Source: Scenedesmus sp. PABB004 (lineage: Eukaryota). Taken from it: 64,000 nt of DNA. The notes below the pieces were generated by a model. That model was given only the letters and a program-made list of their open reading frames with translations, was not told the origin of the DNA and made no database searches. Within the stretch, counting starts at the first letter, position 1, and each line of letters begins with the position of its first letter. Below are positions 24,148-36,800 of the stretch, piece by piece. The position numbers were made by a program, and so were the translations under genes. The stretch spans positions 248,001 to 312,000 of the forward strand of contig JABVCE010000035.1 in NCBI GenBank assembly GCA_014905635.1. The letters run 5' to 3'.

Positions 24148-24634
24148 GCGCTGCAGAGAGGCGGGGGGCGGGGGTGCATCATCGCCTGCGGCACGCGCGG
24201 GCACGTACGTGCGCGCGCGCCTGGCCTGCTGGGGCCACGCGCCGCGCGCCGCCGGCGGCGCGGCGGCTGGGCGGCGATCGGCGCCGCCCCGCGTCGCCCG
24301 CGCGGCGGCGGGGCCTGGTGGTGGTTTGGGCTCTGGCTGGTGCTGTCGGCGCTGGCGGGCCTGCTTCCCTCTCTGTGGCGGCCCCTGGCGGCCGCGAACG
24401 GCCGGCGCGGCGACCTCACCCCGCGCGGCCCGCTGGCTCTGCGTTGCCTGCGCGCTGCTGCGGCTCGGGGGCGGGGCACGGGGTTGCGGCTGTGGCTGGG
24501 CGGGGCTGGCTGGGCGGGTGTTGGCTGCGCGGGCATTTGAGTAGATTGGGGGTTGGCGGCGGCGGCGCGCGGCGCGCGGTGTGCGGCGCGCGGCGTGCGG
24601 CTCGGCACGCGCGCGGGGCGAGGCAGCACTGGAC

Positions 24635-24661
24635 CTGTCTGTCTGTCTGTCTGTCTGTCTG
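24635..24661 (+). repeat. (TCTG)n microsatellite
   Basis: tgtctgtctgtctg... about 6-7 units downstream of the RRM gene. Confidence 0.9.
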
Positions 24662-25297
24662 AGCCACACTTCTAGAGGCAGGGCGATCCGCTCCCTCCCC
24701 GAGGGCCCGCGGCGTCGCCTCCCCGCGGACGTGTGCCGGCGGGTTTTGGCGCGGCTGACCGCGCTCGGCGGCGCCGCGGGCCCTTCGGCGCGCTGGCGGC
24801 GCTGCGCGGCGTGGGTGGGTGGGCGGCGCGTGGGCGCGTGGTGGTGGTGAGTGAGTTCCGACGACGGGGTGCGTCGCGTGAATGCGTGCCAGGGGGCCCC
24901 GTCTTCGTGCGTGCGTGCGTGTCGTGAAGAGATGACCGCGCCGCGCTGAGCCGGCATGCGCGGCGGCGTGATGCGTGGGGCGAGGCCGGCGATCGGCGGC
25001 GGCGGGTTGCTAGGATAGCACAGTCAGGCTCGATCTGCTGTGTGCGGGCCAGGCCAGGGCAGGCGTGCGCGGTGCGGCAACGACCCGAGTTGCGGCGCGC
25101 CCCGGCTCAGGCTTCAGCCCCGCGCCGCCTGAGCGAGTCAGCCCAGCCGCCGCCGCCTGCAGCAGCAGCGTCCGGCAGCGCACGACCCACCGCCGCATCG
25201 CCACGCACAGCCTGCTCGCGCCCCGCAGCCGACGCGGCGGTGCGGCGGTTGCACCGCCGCACCGCGCGCCGTGGCCGCGCATGGCCGTGCGGCGACG

Positions 25298-26894
25298 ATG
25301 GTAGGCAGCGCAGCGGGATGCTTGAACCACCCCCGCCACAGCCGGGCCGCGCGGCGAGCCGCGCGCGCGGCGCGCGCCGCGCACCTGCTGCTGCTCCTGG
25401 CAGCGGCGGCCGCGCTCGGCAGCGACGGCACCCAGGCGCCGGAGCTGCCCCTGCAGGTCGAGCAGGAGCTGGAGCAGCTGCCGGAGCAGCGGCAGGCGCA
25501 GCAGGCGCCCGAGCAGCAGCTTCCGCCCCTGCAGCCAGCGGAGCTGTGGGGCCTGGACGTGTCGGCGCTGGTCGACCCCGAGGAGCCCTTCGCGAGCGCC
25601 CACGCCGTCGGCGCGCCAGCCGGCCTGGCCGGCCTGTTCCGCTCGGGGCTGGGCGGCGCGTGGCGGGGCGCGTTCGCGCGCGCGCCGCCGCCCCGGCGGG
25701 GCAACGCGACGCACCGCTTCTCGCACACGCTGCAGCTGGACGTCCCGCAGCCCTGGGACGCCATCAACATGTCCCAGATCGTCAGGCGCGTGCGCGTGTG
25801 CGCGCGCGTGCGGCGCGGGACCTGCGCCGCGCGCCGCCCGCAGCGGGGCCGCGCCGGCGGCGCAGCCCGGGCCTGCGCCTGCGCGCGCCGCCCACGCCCG
25901 CGCCGCCGTCGCCCGTCTTCCGCCGCCGCCCTTGTGCCGCCGCGGGACTCCAGGGACAACCTGGAGCCGGACATGCTCTTCTGGCAGCAGCTGGAGTACG
26001 TGCCGACCGTGGCGGACCTCTTTGAGCTGGCGACGCGCAACGCGCTCTTCGCGCGCCTGCCCAACACGCGGCGGCTGGTCGAGATTGCCGGCGGCGCGCT
26101 GCGATTCCCGCTCATGCCTCCAGGGCGCGCCCAGACCGAGTGCGACGAGTCGTGAGTGCCCGACGCGCGGCTGCGGCCTCAGCCCTGAGCCCTGAGCCCT
26201 GAGCCCTGAGCCCTGAGCCCTGAGCCCTGAGCCCTGAGCCTTGAGCCCTGAGCCCCCGGCCGGCCCGCACGCTGCCGCGTCGCGCCGCGCGCGCAGGTGC
26301 GACCCGCAGCTGCACGACTTTGTGGAGGCGATGCGGGACGCGGGGCCCCGCTATAACGTGACGCTGCCGGACGTGCTCTTCCTGCTCAACACCGACGACG
26401 CGCCGATGTGCAACCAGGAGCAGGTCATGCGACGTGAGCCCCGCGCTTGCGGCGCAGCAGCAGCAGCGGCGGGCGCGGCCTGATGGGTCGCACGCGCGCC
26501 GCGGCGAGGGGCGGCCGCCGGCGTGCTGGGGCCAGGGCGGCGGGGGCGGCCGAGCGCGCGGCGCGACTCGCCGCGCCGTGCCGCAGGCGAGTGCACCGCG
26601 CCGGTGATCAGCCTGGCCAAGGAGGTGCGCATGGCCGACCTGGTGGCCCCCGTGATGAAGCGCAGCGACGCAGAGGTGCGCAACGGGGTTTAGGAGGGGT
26701 CGGGGCGGCGGCCAGCGCGCGCGGGGCGGCGCGCGCCGACGCGGCCCCCGACGGCTGCTGCGTCAGGTGCGCTACCGCTCGCTGCCGTGGCACGAGAAGG
26801 AGTCCAAGGCCTTCTTCCGGTGCGCCGCGGTCCCAGGCGCTGCAGGCGTCCGCACGCCGTTGCTGGTGCCTGACCTGACCGCGCCGCCGCCGCC

Positions 26895-26952
<58 letters not shown>

Positions 26953-28011
26953 GGCGCGCCAGGGGCGTGCCGAGCTGCGGCGACATGCCGTTCCCGCCGC
27001 TGTGCGCGCGCAGCCTGGTCGCGCGCCTGGCGCAGGTCAACTTCACCGGCATCCTCGACGCGGGTGAGCCGCAGCGCCGAGGCGGCGCTGAGCCGCTGCG
27101 CCGCGCCGCGCTGACCACCGCGCCGCGCGCTCTGCTGCGCCCGCGTTGACCGCTGACGGCTGGCCGCGTGCGCCGCCTGCCGGCCGGCAGGCCTGGTGGA
27201 GGCATACGACCGGCCCGACCAGGTCGCCGGCGACCCCGTGCTGCGCGACGGCAACGGCAGCCTGCCGGTGCTGCCGCGCGTGAGCATGGACGACCTGCCC
27301 AAGTACAAGTGAGCGGCAGCGCCGGGGCACGAGGCGGACCAGGGCCGGACACTGACGCTGCGGCCTCGTGGGCAGCCGCCGGGCGCCCCGCGCTGACGGC
27401 CCCGCCGCGCCGCCGCCGCGGCGGGGGTGCAGGTGGCTGCTGAACCTCGACGGCCACGTCGCGGCGTACCGCCTCGCGCAGCTGCTCGCGACCAACAGCC
27501 TCGTGTTCAAGCAGCAGAGCAGCCAGGTGGAGTTCTACTACCGGTGAGACGCGCGCCGCCGCCGCCGCCGCCGCCGCCGCCACTCTCGCCGCGGCCGCCG
27601 CCGCGCCCGCTCCTGCGCCCGCGCGCGCGCGCCTTGACCTGCCCTGACCCCGCCCGCGCCTCGCGCGTCCGCGCATCCACGCCCCGCAGCTCGCTGCGCC
27701 CGTTCCACCACTTCGTGCCCATCTTCAAGACCAGCGAGCACGACCTGCTGCCACGGCTCGCGTGGGCGGCGCAGCACGAGGCGCTCGCGCGGCGCATCGT
27801 CGCCAACGCCAACGCGTTTGCGCTCACCTTCACCACGCGCCGCGCGCGCGTGACGTACTGGGCCTACGTCCTGCACGCGTACCGCCGCCTGGTGGAGGGA
27901 CAGGGCGCCTACTTCGCCGCGCGCTTCGCGGCGGCGGCGGCCGAGCGCGGGGGCGGGCCGTCGCACATGGAGGTGCTGCTGCGCCAGCAGCTCGCGGGGA
28001 TGCAGCTGTGA
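25298..28011 (+). CDS. Glycosyltransferase family 90 (CAP10/KDELC/POGLUT-like), secretory pathway; about 8 exons
   Basis: Hydrophobic N-terminal segment; LPDVLFLLNTDDAP; LPWHEKESKAFFRG; VSMDDLPKYKWLLNLDGHVAAYRLAQLLATNSLVFKQ..EFYYRSLRPFHHFVPI..ARRIVANANAFA, the GT90 signature. Confidence 0.9.
26183..26252 (+). repeat. (CCCTGAG)10 heptamer tandem repeat, telomere-like, intronic
   Basis: Ten 7-bp units (one CCTTGAG variant) in the first GT90 intron. The reverse complement CTCAGGG resembles TTTAGGG. Confidence 0.9.
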
Positions 28012-28572
28012 GCGCGGGCGCGTGCGGGGGGCACCGTTGGTTGGTTGGTTACCGCCGCCGGGCCCTCGGGCGCCGCGGATCGCGATCGAGCGCCGCCGCC
28101 GCCGCCGACAGATCGCGAGCCGGTTGGTCGTCTGAACAGCAATGTCAATCTCGCGCCGCGGCCCTGCAGGCCACACGGCCCTGCAGGGCTGCGCCTGGGC
28201 AGGCCTCGCCCCCAACACACCCAGCCCGTCTGCCTGTGCACAGTGGTGCCCCCGCCGCCAACGCCTCCCCGCCTGCTAGTGCTGAGATGGTGATACAACC
28301 GCAACCGCAGAATGCGCCGGCCCCGCCGTGCGCGGGCACGGCGGCGGCGCGCGCCCCCTGGCAGCGTGGCGGAGCTTGCAGGGCCGCTCCCAGGCCCGTC
28401 GCGCCACGGGGCCGCAATCAGCGGCCCAGCCCAGAGCCGCGCCGCGCGCGCATGTGGGCGTGGGGCGCGCGGACGCGCGCTCGGGCGCCTGTGTGTGGGC
28501 GCGCGCGCCGCCGCCGCGCGCGCGGAAGTCGGGCGGGCGCCCAGGCCGTCATCATCGCCAAGGGGGCGTGCG

Positions 28573-29982
28573 TCAGATGACAAAGTCGAGCACCGCCTCC
28601 TCGTCTTCCACGCCGCGCCGCCCCGCCGCGAGCACGGGGCTGCTCCAGAGGTCGAGCGCGGCGTGGCGCACAAACTCGAGCCGCACCGCGCCGCCGGGCT
28701 CCATCGCATACTCCCACGCCCACGTCGGGCGGTCGCCGGCGAGCGGCAGCAGCTGCACCGCGAGCCCGCCGCCGGGCGCCGAGGTCACGACCATGCGGAA
28801 GCCGTCGGGCACCTCAAACGTCTGCGCGGCGCGGCACGCACGGCGGCGGGGCGGCGGCACGGTGTGGGCGAGCGCCCCGGCCAAGGGCTGCTGGCGGCCG
28901 GGCGGCGCACAGCGCACAGCGCGGGCACCCAGAGAGGCGCGCGCGCGCGCAGGTGCGGCAGCGGCGGCGGCGGCCGACGACGTGCCTGGTCACCGCGGAT
29001 GGTGCAGTCGTAGGCCTCAAACTCGCTGCGCCCGCGCAGCAGCACGCGGCAGGCCTCGTGGCGGCAGAGGCGGTGCTGCCAGTAGACGTTGCCGGGGTGG
29101 TGCCAGTCGACGCCGACGTTGGAGACCGTGACGTTCATCATGTGCACGCGCCCGTTGGCCGCGCTGTACGCGAGCCGCCGCGCCGCGCCGGCGCCGGCGC
29201 CGCCGCCGTTGTGCCCGCTGCCGCCGGCGCCCGCGGGCGACCCCTCCCAGTGCCCGAGCGGCGCGTCGGCGGTGACGAGCAGGCTGCCGTCGACGCGCGC
29301 GTCGACGAGCCGCGCCTCGGCGACCTCCAGCACGAGCTCGCTGCCCGGCTGCAGCGCGCCGCCACGGATCTTCTGGGAGATGACGTCCCACGTGGGGCCG
29401 AGCGCGGGGTGGTACAGAAAGATAAACCCCGGGCCGCGCTCGAGGTACTCGGCCACGCCGCCGACCTCGGGCACGTGCCGCATGCCGCAGCGCTGCAGCA
29501 CCTGCGCCGGCGCGGGCGCGGAGTGCGGCGGCGCGGCGCACGAGCGCGTGGGTGCGTGGGCGCGGCAGCGCGCCGGCGGCGCCGACCCGCGCGGCCGGGG
29601 CGCAGCGGCCGGGCCAGGGCTGGCCCCCCGCGCGCGCGGCCGCACCTGCCAGGCGTTGCGCTGGAGGTCGTAGAAGGCCCCCTCGGGCGTCTGGTGGATG
29701 TGCGGCGAGCGCGGGTCGCGCTTCTTCTTGGCAGACGACGTCACCTGGCGGCGCGCGGCGGCGGCGCGGCGGGTTGAGGTTCCTCAACCCTAGCGCCCAC
29801 GCGCAGCGCGGGGCGGCACGCGCAGCGCGGGGCGGCAAGCACGCGCTGCGCGCCGCCGCGGCGCGGGCCAGGACAGACACACACACACACACGCCTCGCA
29901 CCCACCCACCCACCCACCCACCCACCCACACACCCACCCACCCACCCACCCACCCACCCACCCACCCACCCACCCACCCACC

Positions 29983-30041
<59 letters not shown>

Positions 30042-33000
30042 GCCTCGCACCCACGCCCACACGCACCTTGCGGCGCATGTTGTAGACCATGAACGTGCTC
30101 AGCTCCGCGTCGGCCGCCGTGGCGGCGCCGCCGGCCGCAGCCGGCAGCGGCGCGGGCAGGCGCGTGGTGAGGCCGTCGGCGAGGTTCTGCATCGTGCACT
30201 CCATGCGCCCCGCGCGGACCTCGCGCTCCTCCTGCAGGAAGGGGTCGAAGAACTTCACCTGGCGGTGGCCGCCCAGGCGGCAGAGAGAGGCAGAGACGCA
30301 GCGGGCGGCGGCGGCGGCGGCGGTCAGCGCGGCGGTCGTCGGCACTCGGTGCGCCCCGGCGCCGGGCCTCTGCCGCACCGGCCCCTCCGCGCGCCGGGCC
30401 TCCTCCGCCCGCCGCCCCTCGCCCCTGGCTGCACCGCCGCCGCCCCTGGCCCCTGGCCCTGTCACAGCGCCGCACCTTCTTTTTGAGGTTGAAGATGAGC
30501 CCCGGCAGCACCGAGTCGCCGCCCGCCGCGATCGCGTCGGCCACCGCGCCGCGCACGGCGGAGAGGCCGGCGTAGAGGATGTTGGTGTTGGCCGGGAACG
30601 CGCTGTGCTGCGAGCCCTCGTGCAGCGGCTGGTCTGCGCGGACCGGCGGCGGCGGCGCGGGGCGGGGTGTGGGCCCGCCGCGGCGGGTGCGCGGGCGCGG
30701 GCGCGGGCGGCGGTCCCGCGAGGCCGCGCGCGTGCGCTCAAAACTCGGCGGCGGCGCACCGGTGATGCCGAGGCGCTCAAACTCTGTGTACTCGACGTTT
30801 GTGACGGCATAGTCGTAGGCCCAGCGCCCGCCGCCCGGCGCGGCAGCGTCGGGCACCCAGACCTTGCGCTCCTGCAGGACGTTCATGCCCTCCGCCGCGC
30901 CGACGACGCGCTCGCAGGACATGAAGCCAAACGCGCGGCGCCCCGCAAAGCCCGTCCCCGCGAGCGCGAGCAGCGTCGTGTCGACGCCGGCCATGGGGTT
31001 GCTGATCTGGCGCACGAGCGCCGCAAGCCGGCCCGCGGCCTGCAGCCAGTCGAACACGCCTGCGTCGGCGGTGCGGCGGGCGGCGCGGCGCGTCGGCAAC
31101 GCTGTTGGGTGGGACCGGAGCCGCCCTCGCGCGCGCCAGGGCGCCGCAGCCCTCTCGCCGCCGCGGCGCTCAGACCCTAAACCCTGAACCCACCCTCGTC
31201 GTGCATGAGCTTCCAGATCGCGCCGTGCCCGCCCGGCTTCATCATGACCTTCAGCGGCGCCGTCACGAGCCAGCGCCCGTCGCCCGCGCCCACCACCGGC
31301 ACGAGCGGCTGCCTGCGCGGCGGCGCGCGGCGGGCGGCGCGGGCTCGGCGGCGGGGCCCCGGCCAGCGACGGCGCGTCGCGTGCGCCCAGCCCTGAACCC
31401 TGCAATCCCCAGGGCGCCCTTAAACCCAACCCCCAGGGCGCGCCTGAAGAGCCTGAAGCTCTCGGCGGGGCGGCCGAACCAGTCGCGGCCGGCCATGAGG
31501 CCCTGCACGCGCGCGTGGTTGCCCTTGGCGTCACTGGTCATGATCGCGACGGGCGTCGTCACCTGCGCGCCCCGGGCCCGGAGGCGGCGGCGGGCGCGTC
31601 AGCCACAGCGCCCCGCCGCAAGGGGCGCGGACGGCCACGTGCGAGTGCAGGGGAGCCCCACCGCCCGCCGCTGCCGCCGCCTCTGCTGCTGCCGCCGCGC
31701 CGCTGCCGCAGCGCCCGCGCGGGCTGCAACGTTACAACGCGCCTGCGTGCCGGTGAGCTGCCAGTAGAGGTACTCGCGCGCCTGCAGGTCGCGCAGGAGG
31801 CCCTCCAGCATGCTGCGCCCGCAGTACGGCAGCATCGCCGCGGGCAGGCCCTCGCCCGTGACCTCGCAGCGCAGCCCGAGCCGGTCGCCCGCGCCGCCGA
31901 CGGGCAGCACCTCGCAGAGGTACGGCAGCGCGAGCAGGCCCTGCGCCGCGGCGCGCGCGCCGAGCGCGGCGCCGTCCTCGCCGGCGAGGTCGAGCCCCGG
32001 CGGCACGTGGTAGCGAACGGGGCTCGCGGCGTCGCTGCTGCTCGCGGCGCCGCTGCCCACGGCGTCGCTGCCCGCGGCGTCGCTGCTCGCGCCGTTGGCG
32101 CCGCCGTCGGCGGCGCTGGCGCTGCCCCCGAGGATGAGCTGCAGCGACTTGAGCTGATACCCGGCCAGGCCGCCCATGCTGTCGTAAAACTGCTCAACGC
32201 GGCACAGCTTCTCCGCCAGCGCCTCCAGCGGGCGCGCCCAGCCGCCGTCTGCGCGGGCGCGGCGCGGCGCGGGTGAGGGGCCGGCGCCGGCGGCCGGCGC
32301 CGGCGGCGGCGCCGCTGCTGCTGCCGGCCGCGCGCCGGCCGGCCCGCCGCGGCCGCGGCCGCGGGCGGCGGCGGCGCACCCGCGGGCGGCAGCATGAGCA
32401 CGTGGCGCTGCCCGATGACCGGCAGCGCCAGCAGGACGAAGCGCTGCTCCAGCGGCAGCGCCGCCAGCGCCTCCCACAGCCCCGTGCCCCTGCGGGCGCG
32501 GCGCGCGGGGCGGCGTTGGACGGCCGCCGCGCCGCGGCGCCGCGCCCGCGTTTGAACCGACCCGGCGCGCTGCCCGCGCCCGCTGCGCCGCGCGCGCACT
32601 CGGTGTTGGCCCTGAACTGCTGCACGAACAGGTGGCCCTCCATCAGCGCCACCTGGCGGGCGCGCGCGGCGCGGCGGCAGTTGGCGGCCGCGCGGCGCTG
32701 CTGCGGCGCTGCTGCGGCGCTGCGGCGCGCTGTCGGCGCCGCGCCTCGGCCCGCGTCGGAGCGCACCTTGTCAGCCAGGGTGCGACAGGCGCGCAGCTTG
32801 GCGACCACGCCCTCCAGGCGCGCGGCCTCGTGCTGCAGCGACACCTCCTGCTCCAGCACGAGCGACCGGTACTCGTCCTCAAACGACGCGTAGGAGAGCG
32901 AGCCAGGCGGCGGCGTGGGCCGCAGATCCACCTCCTCCCGCGCCGCCACGCGCAGGGCTGCGCCGCGGCCCCGGGCGGGCGCCCCGGGCGCCGCGGCCGG

Positions 33001-33099
33001 CGCGCGCGCGCGGAGGGCGCATCGCCGGGGCACCCTGCAGCCTGGCGGCGCGCTGGCGGCCTGGGCGCCCGCCCGGGCGCTACAGGCCGCGCCCCGCAT
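28573..33099 (-). CDS. UGP3: UTP--glucose-1-phosphate uridylyltransferase 3, chloroplastic (sulfolipid pathway); multi-exon
   Basis: Transit peptide; VEQFYDSMGGLAGYQ; EVLPVGGAGDRLGL..LPAAMLPYCGRSMLEGLLRDLQAREYLY; TPVAIMTSDAKGNH; KPGGHGAIWKL; VRQISNP; TNVEYTEF; FPANTNILY; GRMECTMQNLAD; HQTPEGAFYDL. Confidence 0.93.
29874..30039 (+). repeat. Compound (CA)n/(CCCA)n microsatellite in a UGP3 intron
   Basis: acacacac..cccacccaccca..cacacaca tract. The opposite strand is (TGGG)n and could form G-quadruplexes. Confidence 0.95.
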
Positions 33100-33810
33100 G
33101 GTGGTGAGCGCCTCCGTGGGGCGAGGCGCGCGCTGGGGGCTGCTAGGGTGGGGCGCTGCGAGGGCTGGCGCTGCTCACAGGCCGCGACAGCCGCTACAAC
33201 AGCACGCAAACATGCGATCCCGGGCTGGCGACGGCTGCGGCGGGCGGGCGACCGCGCTGCAGGGCATCACCGCGCTGCGCTGCGCTGCTTCGGCGTGCTC
33301 GCGTGCACGTGTGTGTGCTTCGCGGTGTGGAAAGCACGGGGCACGGTGTGGCGGCGGCGCGCGGCGGGCGCGCGGCGGCCGCTGGCGCTGTAACAATGCT
33401 GCGCGCGGGGTGCGCTCGCTGATGCCGCCGGATGCTCGCCAACGCCCCCGGCTGTTTGGGGGCGGTCAGCTCCCCGCCCAGGGACGACCGCCGCCGCGCG
33501 CCGCGCCGGCGGGAAGCTGGGATCCTGTTCCGCCGCCCGCGCGCGCGGCGATCACGCGGCGCCGCTGCCCGGCGTCATGCGGCGCCGCCGCCGCAGCTCG
33601 CTGCAGCCCCGCCGCCGCCCTCGAGCGACGGCCCCGGCGGTCCTGACCAGCTCTGAGCAGCTCTGAGCAGCTCTCGCACGCGCCGCCGCAGTCGGACGGC
33701 CGGTCAGCGATCGGCCAGCGCTCGAGGCAGCGTGCGCGCCGCGTGTTGCAAGGGGCGTCCAACTGCGCCGCCGCCGCCAACTCACAACTCGCTCGCCAGC
33801 CGGCTCCCTC

Positions 33811-36800
33811 TCACTTGCGCGAGCGCAGCTTGGTCATGTCGATGGTGGCGGGCCTGCCAGGCGCGCGCCGCGCGGGGGCCGGGGCGGGCGTCGGCGCCGG
33901 CGGCGGCGCGCCCGCGAGCCCGCCGGCCGGCGGCGCCGCGGCGCCGCGCGCCCGCGCGGGCGCGCGCGCACCCGCCGATGTTCTCGCCGCGGCTTGTGAA
34001 GCAGCTGCCGTGGCAGGGGCAGTCCCACCCGCGCTCCTGCGGGTTCCACTCCAGCAGGCAGCCGAGGTGGGGGCACAGCCCCGAGAAGCGGTGCACCTCG
34101 CCGGCCTCGTCCTTGAACACCGCGACCTGCGGCGGGCCCGGCGACGCGCGCGCGGTCAAACGTTGGAGCACGCAGCAGCTGACCAGCCGCCACAGCGCAG
34201 GCACGTCGCGGGCGCGGCGCGGCGGCGCCCGACACGCCCCGCGCCCTGCGTCCGTGCGCGCGCGGCCGCGCCTTGCGCAGCGCGAGCGGGCCGGTGCCGA
34301 CGATGGTGCCTTGCCCGGGGGCGAGGGACTCGATGTCGCGCGCCGCGGCGGCAAAGCGCGGCAGCGGCAGCAGCATGTCCAGCGCCGCCTGCACGGTCGT
34401 CTTGAAGTAGCGCAGGCTCCAGGCGGGCGCGAGCGGCAGCCCCGCGCGCAGCTTGCGGCTGCGGAGCGGCGGCGGCGCGCGTTGGTGGCGGCGGCCGGAC
34501 GCGCGCGTCTGCAACCGGCCGCGCGTGCCCGCTGCGCGTGCGGCGCTCGCACCTGGGGTTGTAGATGTCGCCATACAGGCGCGCCGCCGGCCAGCCGAGC
34601 AGCTGGCTGGCGATGACGTTGCCGGCGAGCGTGCCGCCGGTCATCACGCGCCCGCAGTCGCCTGCGCGGCGGCGCGGGCGTCGCGCGCGTCGCGCGCGCC
34701 GTGCGCGCGGGGCGCGGCGGCAGGGCTCAGTCGCGGGCGCCGCTCGAGCTAACAGCTCACCCGTGGCCACGAAAACGTTGCCCCTGGCCGCGGTGAGCGT
34801 GGGGTCTTGGCCGTACAGGCCGAGGTCCTCGGCGGTCTGGAACACCTGGCGCACGCGGTCGCGGCGGCGGCAGCGGCCGCGGCAGCGTGAGGGGCAGGCG
34901 GCGAGCGAGCGCGGCTGCAGCGCGGCGACGGCGTGCCCAGCGGACCGAGCGCGCGGCGGCGCGCGCGCACGCGCGCCTGGTAGGACCAGCCGTGCACGCG
35001 CTCGCCAGCCATCGGCCAGCGCGCACGCGCCCACGCCTCGAGCGCATCCAGCGGGCGGCCAAACTGCTCGGGACGCTTGCCCTGGTCGTGCGCCTCGCCT
35101 GCGCGTTTTGCCGCATGCGCAGCGGGCGGCGGCGGAGCGGCGGTGGCGCGGCGGTGGCGCGGCGGCGGCGCGCGGAGCCGTGGGCGGCGGCCGCGGCGGC
35201 TGCGTCGTGCGCGACGCGTCGGGCGGGGAGAGGGACCCTGCACCTGGCGCCCCCAAGGCCCGCTGTGCCCCACTGCTGAACTAAACCCTGCGCGGCGCAC
35301 CGGCGACGAGCAGCAGGTCGTGGTAGCCGTTGCCGCTGCCGGGGCGGCCGGGCGCGAGCAGCGCGGTGTGCTGCGGCTCGGAGGTGTCGTAGAAGACGCC
35401 GGCGGGGAGCTTGCTGAACTTTGGGATCTTCAGCGCGACGACGTACCTGGGCCACGGGCGGGCGGCGAGCACAGCGTGGGCGGCAGTGTGTGAGGCGTGT
35501 TCGCCGCGCGCGCGCGGTGGCCGGGGGACAGGCGGCGCGCGCGGAGGAGGGCGGCAGCGGGGACGGCCGCGGGCGGCCGCAGTGCGGCAGGTGCGGCCGC
35601 CGCACCTGCGGCGCACGTGCTGCTTCGCGTGCAGCGCGAGCACGTGCGCGGCGGAGTCCACCAGGTCGCTCGTCACCGGCGCCGCGGTCGCCAGCACGTA
35701 GGCCTGGCGCGCGGCGCGCGGCGCAGGCGGGAGGGCTCAGCGCTCAGTCCAGCGGCGGCCGGGCATGCGCGCCCGCGGTGGCGGACCAGGCGCGCCGCTG
35801 CAGTGCGCGGCGCCGGCGGCGCCGCGCCGGTGGCGGCGTGCGCGCACCTGGCGCGCGGTGACGCGGTGGCCCTCCATCGTGGTCAGCACCTTGGCGGTCG
35901 CGTCCGCCTTGCGCAGGCGCGTGCCCTCGTAGATGCGGCCGCCGTACTTCTCTGTGCGGCGTGGGCGGGCGAGGGCGGCCGCGCGTGCGCGGGGCGCGGG
36001 GCGCGGGGCGCGGGGCGCGGCACGGCGAGGCGTTGAGGGAGAGCGCGCGCGCTGCTTCACGAGCGCGTGCGCGAGCGCGGCTCACCCGTGATGGCGTCGG
36101 CGAGGCCATGCACGTAGCGCACCGGGTCGAGCGTCGCGCCGCCCGGCAGGCGCAGCGCCTTGCCGCCGCCGAGCCGGCCGTCGAGGTCCACCAGCTCGGC
36201 GTCGAGCCCCGCGGCGCGCGCCGCCTCGAGCTCCTGCAGCAGCAGGCGCGCTGCGGCGGCGGCGGCGGCGGCGGGGCACCGCATCGCAGGCAGTGAGCGC
36301 GCGGGGCGCTGGCGGCGACCAGCCAGGCAGCATGCGCCGATCGGCCTCTCGCGAGAGGCCGGCGGCGGAGCGCGCGCACCGGCCTGCCCGCCGCCGCCGC
36401 CGCCGCCGCCGCCGCGCGCGCGCGCGCTCGCGCTGCGCGGGTCGCCGGCGTCGCCGGGCACGGGCGCCGCCGCCGCCGGCAGCACAAAGGTCGGGCAGCG
36501 CTCAAAGCCGCAGGCGATGCCCTCGTCCCTGCGCGGCCGCGGGCACCGCGCGCGGCGCGCACGCTCGGCGCGCGCTCGCCCACGCGGCGCGCAGGTGCGC
36601 GCGGCGCTGGCTGCAGCCAGCTGGCCATGGCTGGGCGCGCAGTTTGGCCCCGCCTCGCCGCGCACCGCACGACGGCCTCCACAAAGTCCACCGCCTCTGC
36701 GTTGCTCGCCGCCACCTGCGTGCGCCGAGGCGGGCGCGACGTCCTGAGCGCGGCGCGCGGCTGCGCGCCCAGCGCCCGCCGGCGCTCGCTCCGGCGCGCG

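Noticed and set aside
26183..26252. Tandem repeat as a CRISPR array
   Set aside because: 7-bp units with no spacers, no cas genes, and a eukaryotic intronic context.
29790..30062. ORF with CVCVCV/WVGGWVGG repeats
   Set aside because: It is the translation of an intronic microsatellite in UGP3.
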